A model generated the notes under the pieces. It was not told the DNA's origin and searched no databases. It was given only the letters and a program-made list of their open reading frames with translations. From contig JAQUBU010000001.1 in the NCBI GenBank assembly GCA_028686565.1, positions 1-28,847 on the forward strand: a stretch of 28,847 nt of DNA. Direction: 5' to 3'. The DNA comes from Syntrophomonadaceae bacterium. GTDB taxonomy: Bacteria; Bacillota; Syntrophomonadia; Syntrophomonadales; Syntrophomonadaceae. Positions 19,040 to 26,924 of the stretch are shown here, one piece after another (position 1 is the first letter of the stretch; each line of letters begins with the position of its first letter). Both the position numbers and the translations under genes were made by a program.

Positions 19040-19115
19040 GCGGTGCAGAAGAAACTGCGGAGCAGTTTCTTCTGCACCGCTGCAAGGAGGCGGGGGATTA
19101 GAAACCACCGCCTCC
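19040..19115. repeat. Dispersed intergenic element, copy B: perfect 19-bp inverted repeat plus second hairpin
   Basis: GCGGTGCAGAAGAAACTGC-GGA-GCAGTTTCTTCTGCACCGC (19040-19080), then GGAGGCGG...CCGCCTCC (19086-19115). Confidence 0.75.
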
Positions 19116-19181
19116 CCTATCCTCGCCCCACTTTACTTTTTAGTTGTTGGTTCAAGGCTGGTTTAACCGAAAAAAGCAGGT

Positions 19182-19745
19182 CTATTCCCCCATTATACTT
19201 TGAACTTCCTGCCCATTTATCATGAAAGCTACTTCATTGACACTGGGGAACTGCCCCAGAGTATTGCTGATCGCCTGCACCATCAGTTCTTCTTCCTGCT
19301 TGCTTTTTATTGCCTTAACCTCAGCACTTAAATCAACAATACATATTCCATCTTGCGTAATATTAATATCCCGCAAGGTAGTCCCAGGAGGAAAGACAGC
19401 TAAAAATTCCTGCCCTTGGGGCCCTTTTAATAGCTCTTCCATGGTTTTACGTGCTATTCCCTGAGTCTTGGCAATACTCCGGTTTTCAACCCCTAACCCT
19501 TCTTGTCCTGAACGAGCAAAATATAGTTTAACGGAAATGGTTTCACCAACTGCAGTTTTGGGATCAGGCAGTTCAACCTTTTGTTGCTTTTTACTTTCCT
19601 GTATTTTTTCATTTTCCGGGACCAGCTTGATCAGATCCTTTAATGCATCGATATTGCTGCTTACTGGAGGGGAATAACAACCTCCGCTCATCAAACAAAT
19701 AGCCACAATAATAACTGCAAGAACTGTAATGACTTTTCTGCTCAT
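19182..19745 (-). CDS. GerMN-domain lipoprotein (GerM-like)
   Basis: Signal peptide with Cys, VKLYF, EELLKGP, FPPGT.L, VDLS, TL.QFPSVNEV.F.ING. Located next to murI and rph, as in Bacillus. Confidence 0.88.
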   Translation of the reverse strand: MSRKVITVLAVIIVAICLMSGGCYSPPVSSNIDALKDLIKLVPENEKIQESKKQQKVELPDPKTAVGETISVKLYFARSGQEGLGVENRSIAKTQGIARKTMEELLKGPQGQEFLAVFPPGTTLRDINITQDGICIVDLSAEVKAIKSKQEEELMVQAISNTLGQFPSVNEVAFMINGQEVQSIMGE

Positions 19746-19776
19746 ATTTCCAAACCTCCCTGTATTACTTCTGTTC

Positions 19777-19806
19777 TAACATACGAGGGCAGTTCGCAAA
19801 TTATGC
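19777..19806 (-). promoter_or_regulatory. Possible sporulation sigma (G/F-type) promoter for the GerMN gene
   Basis: The minus strand reads GCATA-18 nt-TATGTTA, one mismatch from GNATA-N18-CATNNTA. Confidence 0.3.
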
Positions 19807-19825
19807 ATTCAAAATACAATATATG

Positions 19826-19857
19826 AAAAAAAAGGGAATACCTTTGGTATTCCCTTT
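19826..19857 (-). terminator. Intrinsic terminator after the VWA gene
   Basis: The minus strand reads AAAGGGAATACC-AAA-GGTATTCCCTTT followed by a run of T. Confidence 0.8.
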
Positions 19858-19981
19858 ATGAAGGAGGAGTTATTAAAACAAATCAAGGATTGTCTACCCC
19901 TGATTATGCCTTCAAGTTATTGCTTTACATTTTAGCAAAATATCTGCAAATTTGTCAAGCGAAGATGTCTATTTTTCGCTA

Positions 19982-21760
19982 TTATGCCATTCTTTTGTCG
20001 TTTTCCAACATACTCTTCTTTTCATGACGAACAATATTAATTAGATTTTCCTTGTTAAGGTCATCTACCAGATATAGGGCTCCGCCAGCCCTATTGGCTA
20101 ATTTCTCCATATAGAATCGGTTTGATTCCAAGCCAATACATATAAAATGGATCTTATTTTCCAGTATTTCATTGGCTGCCGTCAATGCATCTGCCTGGGC
20201 ATCCATGGTCCACAGCGGAATATTAGGAATGCCATCAGTTATTAGAACCAATAGAGGATTTTTAACCTTGTTGTTCTTGATTAAGTTAACTGCTGCAATA
20301 ATTCCATCCGCCAAAGGGGTCAATCCGGCCGGACTAATTGTTGACAACCCTTTATTCAAAACGTTCTGGTTGCGTGTGAAGGGAACTACCACCTCGCTAT
20401 TACGCTCTTGGAATGTTACTACGGCTACTTTTTCTTTACCTGACAAAAGGAGGTTTTGGGCCAAGTAGCACGCAGCCTGCCGCTTATCTCCTGCCATGCT
20501 GCCGCTGGCATCAATTAAAAGACAAACATCAATTGGAACATAGGTTTTCTTTGTATAATGATGCAAGTCTTCTTTTTTGATGGTAAAATGCCCATCATTT
20601 CTCAGGAAACTATTTTTTGTTGCTTGAATAATAGTCTGCGGTACAGCCAAGTCTCCTGACCAGTTTTTATCTACGTTGTTAATGGTTTTGTTGCGATTCG
20701 TGAATTCCACATGTGCACTCTTAGGCTCGGTTTGGCCTAACTTGCGGAACTTACTGCTCCCTCCTGACGGCATTTTACGCATATTGCGACGTATATCGGT
20801 TTCAAGTTCACATTTATGGTTTATAACGAACTCTTTCAATTTATATCCATTCTTGGTTAAAACCTTGCCCAGAATAGTATCCTTCATTAATCCCAATTCT
20901 TCCAACTGTTCCAGGAAATGCTCAACATCGCCCCACTTTTTCTTTTGCTGTTCAATTCCCTTGCGTTTGAATATATTGGTCGAATAATTTTCCATGAATT
21001 CTTCGATCTCATCTACACCGCCGAATTTTTCCGCCAGCTTAAGAATTAGTTGATTAACATTTTCCTTATCGGGTAATTGAAGGGCATTCTGGCCTTTAAA
21101 GTTTTTCCATGGTAATTTGATGTATCCGGCAAAGCTTTCTTCCTGCTGTTTCTGGTTACCATGAATAATGTTTCGGACCTTGGCCAATTTGATACCCGAT
21201 GCCAAAATAACTTCTTCAACAATCTCAGCAATAAGATAGACCAGATAATACTCTTCCCGGTTCAAATGCGCCAGTATATGAACATGATCCCAACCTTCTT
21301 CACCCGCTCTAAAAGGTTTAACATTATCCTGAAATAGGTCGAAAATAATCCCTTTACCCGAATTGCTGACTACCATAATCTTTTTGGCGTATTCAAACAC
21401 CATTTTCATCCGCTCATCTTCTGCAAACTGCAATTGCGGTTCTTTTTCCAGAAAGTATTCATCCATAGCCCAAAATATCGCCTTGGCTATCTGACGGGGA
21501 TCAATATTTCCAGGCTGATGATAAACATCGATATGAACTATCTGATTAACATCCACGTAATCTAAATAGGTTTTTCCAGCATCACGGTTGATTAGAATTT
21601 TTATCTGTCCTTTTACTCTTTTCTCAGGCATGCGAGCATGGGCCCGGAGACTAACTACCGTGCTTTCACCCAGCCTTACGCCCTGGTTCTGCCCAAAGTA
21701 AAGACTTAAATAATTGCCAACCGATGCAGTTTTTTCAACATTGGTATGTTCACCTAGCAT
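19982..21760 (-). CDS. VWA-domain protein (C-terminus like Mg-chelatase subunit D)
   Basis: MIDAS motif LLIDASGSM, GLTPL, LITDG; DLAVPQTI precedes the VWA as in ChlD. The N-terminal about 350 aa are unassigned and show no Walker motifs. Confidence 0.85.
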   Translation of the reverse strand: MLGEHTNVEKTASVGNYLSLYFGQNQGVRLGESTVVSLRAHARMPEKRVKGQIKILINRDAGKTYLDYVDVNQIVHIDVYHQPGNIDPRQIAKAIFWAMDEYFLEKEPQLQFAEDERMKMVFEYAKKIMVVSNSGKGIIFDLFQDNVKPFRAGEEGWDHVHILAHLNREEYYLVYLIAEIVEEVILASGIKLAKVRNIIHGNQKQQEESFAGYIKLPWKNFKGQNALQLPDKENVNQLILKLAEKFGGVDEIEEFMENYSTNIFKRKGIEQQKKKWGDVEHFLEQLEELGLMKDTILGKVLTKNGYKLKEFVINHKCELETDIRRNMRKMPSGGSSKFRKLGQTEPKSAHVEFTNRNKTINNVDKNWSGDLAVPQTIIQATKNSFLRNDGHFTIKKEDLHHYTKKTYVPIDVCLLIDASGSMAGDKRQAACYLAQNLLLSGKEKVAVVTFQERNSEVVVPFTRNQNVLNKGLSTISPAGLTPLADGIIAAVNLIKNNKVKNPLLVLITDGIPNIPLWTMDAQADALTAANEILENKIHFICIGLESNRFYMEKLANRAGGALYLVDDLNKENLINIVRHEKKSMLENDKRMA

Positions 21761-21781
21761 AAGACCTGCCCCCTTTCATAA

Positions 21782-23002
21782 TCAAGTTGGGGTTAAGGTT
21801 TTCTCGGTATTCACCAGTTCTCCCCGGCTCATGTCTTTGAGCGGTCGGGCTACTTGCTGGAAATAATCTGCGGCTGACTCTTCTTCGTCCTTTTTATTCT
21901 TCTTGCTCTTAAAGCTTAATATGCCTTCTTTAGTGCCCTTGTTATCTACATCATTTATCATACGAACCAGGACATCACCATTTACACGATGTTTCAAAAC
22001 TAGCGGAATCATATCGGTAACATCAGTGATGGTTGCCTTATCACGGCCCTTTATTACACTGTGGAGAAGTGCACCCTGCTGCATAGCCTCGGTAGCCCTG
22101 ATACTTTCAAGATTGTGTTTGATATATAAACGAGAAATATAATTGCGGAGAAAATCCGGCAGGTCAATTTGCGCATAAGTCTGCGCCCATTTAATTATTT
22201 TTTGGCGATAAACATCATTTTGGGCGTCATCTTCTTTGCCTATTTGCTGTTTTCTAGCCTGGCTTACTTTAAAGGTATGCGAATTTTCCTTAAGGATACG
22301 GGATATTGCATCAACTGAATCGGGTCTGCCCATATAATATACCATGTCAAAACGATCCGAAAGCTGCCTTCTGATCTCTTCCAGAGGACCAGGTTCTTCA
22401 TCAGGATTTGAAGCAGCCCAAACCGAAACACTTACCGGTATCTCAATTACTGGCAAGCCGGCTTCTTCAATCTGAATATGTCCTGGTTTGTTACCCATTA
22501 CATCGAGTAAAATATCTGTTATTTCTGGTGAGGTATCAGCCAAACGGTTTATTTCATCAATAAATATAATCCCTCGATGGGCTTGGGGAATTAAGCCCGG
22601 GAGCAAACGAGCTTCCGGATGCAGGGGATCGGTCAACTTGGCCAAGTCAATACTTCCTGCTACAGTGCCGACCTTCGCAGATTGTGATATTTCCAAAAAT
22701 GGCATTGGTATTTCTTCAGTACCGATAGCTGTTAATTCCGCTTCACTCATATCTTTGTGCTGTGGGCAATGAGGATCTTGAGGATCGCAATTGTATATGC
22801 AACCCTTTATACGGGTGATCAAAGGTAGAATCCCTCTCGCGGCCCGGGCGATGGTAGTCTTGCCGGTACCCCTGACTCCTTCTGCATGAACATGTAACGG
22901 TTCTCCAACATAACTAGAGACTATTGACATTATAATCAAATTAAAAAGGGGTTCGTTTCCCTCGTATCGTTCAAGCTTATAAAATGGTATCATGGGCCTC
23001 AC
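21782..23002 (-). CDS. ChlI/BchI-like AAA+ ATPase
   Basis: Walker A GVRGTGKT, YNCDPQDP, PGLIPQAHRGIIFIDEINRL, ASNPDE, QLSDRF. Confidence 0.88.
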   Translation of the reverse strand: MRPMIPFYKLERYEGNEPLFNLIIMSIVSSYVGEPLHVHAEGVRGTGKTTIARAARGILPLITRIKGCIYNCDPQDPHCPQHKDMSEAELTAIGTEEIPMPFLEISQSAKVGTVAGSIDLAKLTDPLHPEARLLPGLIPQAHRGIIFIDEINRLADTSPEITDILLDVMGNKPGHIQIEEAGLPVIEIPVSVSVWAASNPDEEPGPLEEIRRQLSDRFDMVYYMGRPDSVDAISRILKENSHTFKVSQARKQQIGKEDDAQNDVYRQKIIKWAQTYAQIDLPDFLRNYISRLYIKHNLESIRATEAMQQGALLHSVIKGRDKATITDVTDMIPLVLKHRVNGDVLVRMINDVDNKGTKEGILSFKSKKNKKDEEESAADYFQQVARPLKDMSRGELVNTEKTLTPT

Positions 23003-23469
23003 TCCAATCTATCATGCCTTAAACATCGTCAAAGTTTCAATCTACTACGCTCCTCTCGTGATTAGGGGTACTAAAAGTTAATCCGCTGTTGTCACCAGTT
23101 ACTACACTGTAATCCGAACCCAGATATTAAATATCCAATTACCTTTTAAGTCTCCCCCTTTCTTTTAGCTTTATTCTTACCGCACTTTTAAATTATCTTT
23201 AGTATAATCTATTTTGTGATTTTTTTCTCTATGTTTGTTACAATTCGTTTAATAATTTGGATACTTTGCATTAGCTTCTATCTCGGATGTTTTATTTATG
23301 GGTTTTCTTAATAAAATTGAATAAATTGAAAAGGCCGTAGCCGCAAAGCCTTTTCCTGCAACGGTTCCAAGAAACCCAAACATCAGTTTCAGGTTTTATG
23401 TCTTCCCCAATTCCTGTATGCACCATCTTTTTCTTGGTTTGTACTATCATTTTTTGGTCATAACCTGCA

Positions 23470-24258
23470 CTAATACATTCCCATTTTGTCTTTTAATAAT
23501 TTTGCCTTGGATCTGCTTAATATAATATCTTTCTGACAGTTCTCCAAATGCATAATATATGAGCCTTCTCCCAGATTAATAACCTCTCGAATATAATCGA
23601 TATTCACTATAAATGCTTGGTGAGCTCTAAAAAACAACCTTTCATCCAATCGTTTTTCCAGAGAGTTTAAAGTGTAATTACTCACATAGTCTTGTTTATC
23701 TGTACAAATCAAGACCTTTTTACCCTGACTTTCGCAAAATATTATATCTGTCTGGTTAACGAAGCTTATTTTCCCTTTCTCTCTTATAAAAAGCTTGCCG
23801 GAGTATAATTCGCTATCTTTACAGCGCTCCAGAATTAAATCAATTCTTGCTTTCAAATGCTGGCTAACCATATCTTCAATTACATCCCTGTGCGCTATTT
23901 GTAATTTAGCTTTATCGATAGTTTTTTTAATCCGGCTCTGTTCAACTGGCTTTACTATAAAATCCAGGGCACCCATTTCGAAAGCTTTAACTGCCATATC
24001 AGGTCTGGCCGTGATAAAAGCAAAAAAGGGCGGATTTTTTAATTCTTTTAATTTAGCTGCGGTTTCGAGTCCACCCATTTCCGGCATGGCAATATCGAGA
24101 CAAACCAGGTCAACCCTTCTTTCCTGGCAAAGCAGCAAAGCTTCCAATCCATGCACTGCTTCACCAACTATCTGGATATCACCAATCTGTTCCAACAAAT
24201 AGCGCAGAACTATTCTTTCCCGTTCATCATCATCTACAATCAGTAATTTTACCGTCAT
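23470..24258 (-). CDS. LytTR-family response regulator
   Basis: Receiver motifs IVDD, CLDIAMP, FIVKP; LytTR domain LEKRL...FFRAHQAFIVN...LSRSK. Confidence 0.93.
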   Translation of the reverse strand: MTVKLLIVDDDERERIVLRYLLEQIGDIQIVGEAVHGLEALLLCQERRVDLVCLDIAMPEMGGLETAAKLKELKNPPFFAFITARPDMAVKAFEMGALDFIVKPVEQSRIKKTIDKAKLQIAHRDVIEDMVSQHLKARIDLILERCKDSELYSGKLFIREKGKISFVNQTDIIFCESQGKKVLICTDKQDYVSNYTLNSLEKRLDERLFFRAHQAFIVNIDYIREVINLGEGSYIMHLENCQKDIILSRSKAKLLKDKMGMY

Positions 24259-24622
24259 TTCAATACCCCATTGTCTCTGCTCTTGCAGTTTTATGATAAA
24301 TAGTCCGCGTATTTTAACAGTATTAATAAGCTATTAGTATTATATTATCGTTTTTTTCAATTCTAAACAACTTCAATAATTGGATAGATACTAACAATCT
24401 TTTAAATATTCAAGAGATTTGTTAATGTAGTTGTAACTCTTTTATATAAGAATACAATTTTCGCACTTGACAGAAATTCATTGCTTTCAATGACAACTGC
24501 TAAAGTTGAGTAAGTAAAAAAGCAAAGGAGATCAAGAGAAAGAGTAGGTCAGGCAGTGATAATAGCTACTTTCTTCTAAAGATTTACCCCTCACTTTGAT
24601 TATTAAAGGAGGATCTTAAAAA

Positions 24623-25498
24623 ATGCGTTATGAAGGAACTGTATACCGCCCTCCCAGTGAATCTGGTAGCCTGATTATTCAGGCTACCATCGGATGTCCG
24701 CACAACCGGTGCACATTTTGTTCGCTTTATAAAGACAGTACTTTTAGGATAAGACCGGTTCAGGATATCAAGGAAGATCTATTAGCTGCACGCAATCATT
24801 ACGGGCAGTATATAGAATCCATTTTTTTCGCTGACGGCAATACAATTATTATGAAAGTCAATCAGTTGCTGGAAATTTTCGAATACGCCCATTATCTTTT
24901 CCCTCATCTGGAACGTATTACTTTATACGGTTCAGCTCGTTTTGTAAATAAAAAAAGCAGCGAAGAATTGGGACAGCTTGGAAAAGCTGGATTGCGCCGT
25001 TTGCATATGGGTATGGAAAGCGGAGATGATATCACCCTGGCACGGATAAATAAGGGTACCAACTCGGCAGAAATTATTTCTTCGGGTATGAAGTTAAAGG
25101 AAGCTGGGATAGAAGTAAGCGAATATTTTCTTGTGGGGATCGGAGGAAAGGAACGAAGCAGGGAACATGCACTTAATAGTGCCCTTACATTAAGTGCCTT
25201 CAGCCCTGATTATATTCGTTTGCGAACCTTCATTCCCATGCCCGCGACCCCTCTGTTTGAGGATTATCACAATGATAATTTCCAACTTCTTACTCCCCAC
25301 GAAGCTTTGCGGGAAGTCAGACTTCTTGTGGAAAATCTCAATTGTGATAACAGTCAGGTATTCAGTGATCATATAAACAATTACTGGAATGTACAGGGAA
25401 TAATCCCCGGAGACCGTGACAAAATGCTGGCTGGAATCGATAAAGCCCTTACAATAAGCGAGTCCCGTTTCCGACCTCCGCATATCGGAAGACTATAA
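24623..25498 (+). CDS. Radical SAM protein of unknown substrate
   Basis: YRPPSE...IQATIGCPHNRCTFC (CxxxCxxC), FFADGN, GMESG. AAAGGAGG RBS. Confidence 0.92.
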   Translation: MRYEGTVYRPPSESGSLIIQATIGCPHNRCTFCSLYKDSTFRIRPVQDIKEDLLAARNHYGQYIESIFFADGNTIIMKVNQLLEIFEYAHYLFPHLERITLYGSARFVNKKSSEELGQLGKAGLRRLHMGMESGDDITLARINKGTNSAEIISSGMKLKEAGIEVSEYFLVGIGGKERSREHALNSALTLSAFSPDYIRLRTFIPMPATPLFEDYHNDNFQLLTPHEALREVRLLVENLNCDNSQVFSDHINNYWNVQGIIPGDRDKMLAGIDKALTISESRFRPPHIGRL

Positions 25499-25558
25499 TG
25501 AAAGGGGACACACCTCCTGCGGAGGAATGTCCCCATGGCAGGAATGTCCCCAATCGGC
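25496..25558 (+). repeat. REP-like palindromic element starting at the radical SAM stop codon
   Basis: TAATGAAAGGGGACA-CA-CCTCC-TGC-GGAGG-AA-TGTCCCC...; an inverted counterpart lies at 26774-26880. Confidence 0.85.
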
Positions 25559-25601
25559 ATAATAAAAGGGTCGAGCTACAGGCGTCGCGAGCTATCTTGT
25601 A

Positions 25602-25734
25602 TGTCATTGTTATGAAATAGCTTTCCTGTCATTGTTATGAAATAGCTTTCCTGTCATTGTTATGAAATAGCTTTCCTGTCATTGTTATGAAATAGCTTTC
25701 CTGTCATTGTTATGAAATAGCTTTCCTGTCATTG
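25602..25734. repeat. 25-bp tandem repeat, five exact copies plus a partial copy
   Basis: TGTCATTGTTATGAAATAGCTTTCC x5, with no spacers. Confidence 0.98.
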
Positions 25735-25800
25735 CGAGCGCAGCGCGGCAATCTTCCCCCGTAATTGATTGCCGCGCTGCGCTCGCAATGACAGGAAAGC
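25720..25800. repeat. Perfect 34-bp inverted repeat with 13-nt loop
   Basis: GCTTTCCTGTCATTGCGAGCGCAGCGCGGCAATC (25720-25753) and its exact reverse complement (25767-25800). Degenerate related units continue to about 25925. Confidence 0.95.
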
Positions 25801-25980
25801 GCTGCGCTCCTCCCAATGACAAGCACACTAGTTTCATAGCAATGACAGGATGGCGCTGCGCTCGCAACAACAAGTACTCTAGTTTCATAGCTATGAAGGG
25901 AGCAGCTTTGCCTCAGCAATGACAATTTAGTTGTGTCGCTTAATATGTCAACTACGAAACTTATATTTCTAATTAAATAA

Positions 25981-26006
25981 GGAAGGAAAGCTACTGCTTT
26001 CCTTCC
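25981..26006 (+). terminator. Terminator-like hairpin
   Basis: GGAAGGAAAGC-TACT-GCTTTCCTTCC followed by AGTTTCTT. Confidence 0.6.
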
Positions 26007-26095
26007 AGTTTCTTAAACTCATATTCATAGGATTCAATTTAAGCAATACTATGATCATATAAACTATCTTCAAAAATCAAAATAATCTCTAGTAA

Positions 26096-26128
26096 AAAAA
26101 ATGCAATAAATATATTTTTGCATTTTTT
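26096..26128 (-). terminator. A/T-flanked hairpin downstream of the DUF1285-like gene
   Basis: AAAAAATGCAA-11 nt-TTGCATTTTTT, about 35 bp past the stop codon. Confidence 0.45.
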
Positions 26129-26164
26129 CTATTAAATCAGAACTAATTTTAAAAAATTGTCAGG

Positions 26165-26581
26165 TTAATTAGTTATTCCGGGAGGAATGATATAAATATC
26201 TTCCCCTCTAAAATCAAAGAATTCGCTTAGCTTCCAATATACGCCGCGGCTTAAGCGGGTATCAGCTTCCCATTTAAAATCAATATATGGTACATCACCC
26301 TTCAAAGTCAGCTTCAATTCGCGTTCCAAAGCAAATTCCTGCAAATCGTGAAAACGCAATTTAACTTTGCCATTAACCTCTTCAATATAACCAGTAGCTA
26401 AAAAAGGACAGTCTTCAACTGTTATGGGATTTATGTCCTCACCCAATTTGATGCAATAACTGCCATCCCCTGTTTTTTCAATATGTGAAGCCAGAATGTT
26501 AAGTATATTGCGTCTAAACATTTCCGCTCCGCCAAAATACCATTTCCCGTCTTCCCGAATAATGATTTCTTTAAGATCCAC
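26165..26581 (-). CDS. DUF1285-like small protein
   Basis: IIIREDGKWYFGG...EKTGDGSY...ITVEDCPF resembles the DUF1285 N-terminal pattern. GTG start with a GGGAGG RBS. Confidence 0.65.
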   Translation of the reverse strand: MDLKEIIIREDGKWYFGGAEMFRRNILNILASHIEKTGDGSYCIKLGEDINPITVEDCPFLATGYIEEVNGKVKLRFHDLQEFALERELKLTLKGDVPYIDFKWEADTRLSRGVYWKLSEFFDFRGEDIYIIPPGITN

Positions 26582-26614
26582 CAGATAGCCCTCCCATGTT
26601 TATATCTATCCCTT

Positions 26615-26644
26615 ATTATATTCCTTTCCTTACTTCGGCTTCAA
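26615..26644 (-). promoter_or_regulatory. Putative sigma-A promoter for the DUF1285-like gene
   Basis: The minus strand reads TTGAAG-18 nt-TATAAT. Confidence 0.55.
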
Positions 26645-26773
26645 TATTTCATGACACTTAAATATTAGTTTCAATCATTCAATCATACGTCAGGGGCATT
26701 CTCCCCCCGCAGCAGGGACTGCAGTGTCACCTTGGAGCACAATCAAGCAAAGGTGTAGTCAACCATTGGGGAC

Positions 26774-26924
26774 GCCGATTGGGGGCCTGCCATAGGACAT
26801 TCCCGCCATAGGACATTCCCGCCATGGGACATTCCTGCCATGGGGACATTCCTCCAGCGGAGGTGTGTCCCCTTTCCTTAGCTGGTGTGTCCCCTTTCAT
26901 TAGCTGGTGTGTCCCCTTACCTTA
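26774..26924 (-). repeat. Expanded REP-like element: four 16-17-bp units, a hairpin, and three 22-bp units
   Basis: GCCAT(A/G)GGACATTCC(C/T) units from 26789, hairpin GGGGACATTCCTCCAGCGGAGGTGTGTCCCC (26842-26872), and GGTGTGTCCCCTTTC(C/A)TTAGCT units at 26862, 26884 and 26906 (the last degenerate). Confidence 0.9.

Noticed and set aside
18956-19108. N-terminal extension of MurI in the ORF track
   Set aside because: It translates an intergenic palindromic repeat. A TTG with an RBS at 18955 gives a normal-length enzyme.
19982-23002. Photosynthetic magnesium chelatase
   Set aside because: There is no chlH/bchH or other pigment gene, and the VWA protein lacks the ChlD N-terminal AAA-like module.
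23334-23370. c-di-GMP-I riboswitch suggested by CGCAAAGCC
   Set aside because: The upstream GGCAAAC...GAAA stem is absent, and the motif is on the strand opposite to the adjacent genes.
25602-25734. Possible CRISPR array
   Set aside because: The 25-bp units are head-to-tail with no spacers, and there are no cas genes.
25685-25925. Two short minus-strand ORFs in the repeat cluster
   Set aside because: They are translations of the palindromic and tandem repeats, with no convincing RBS.
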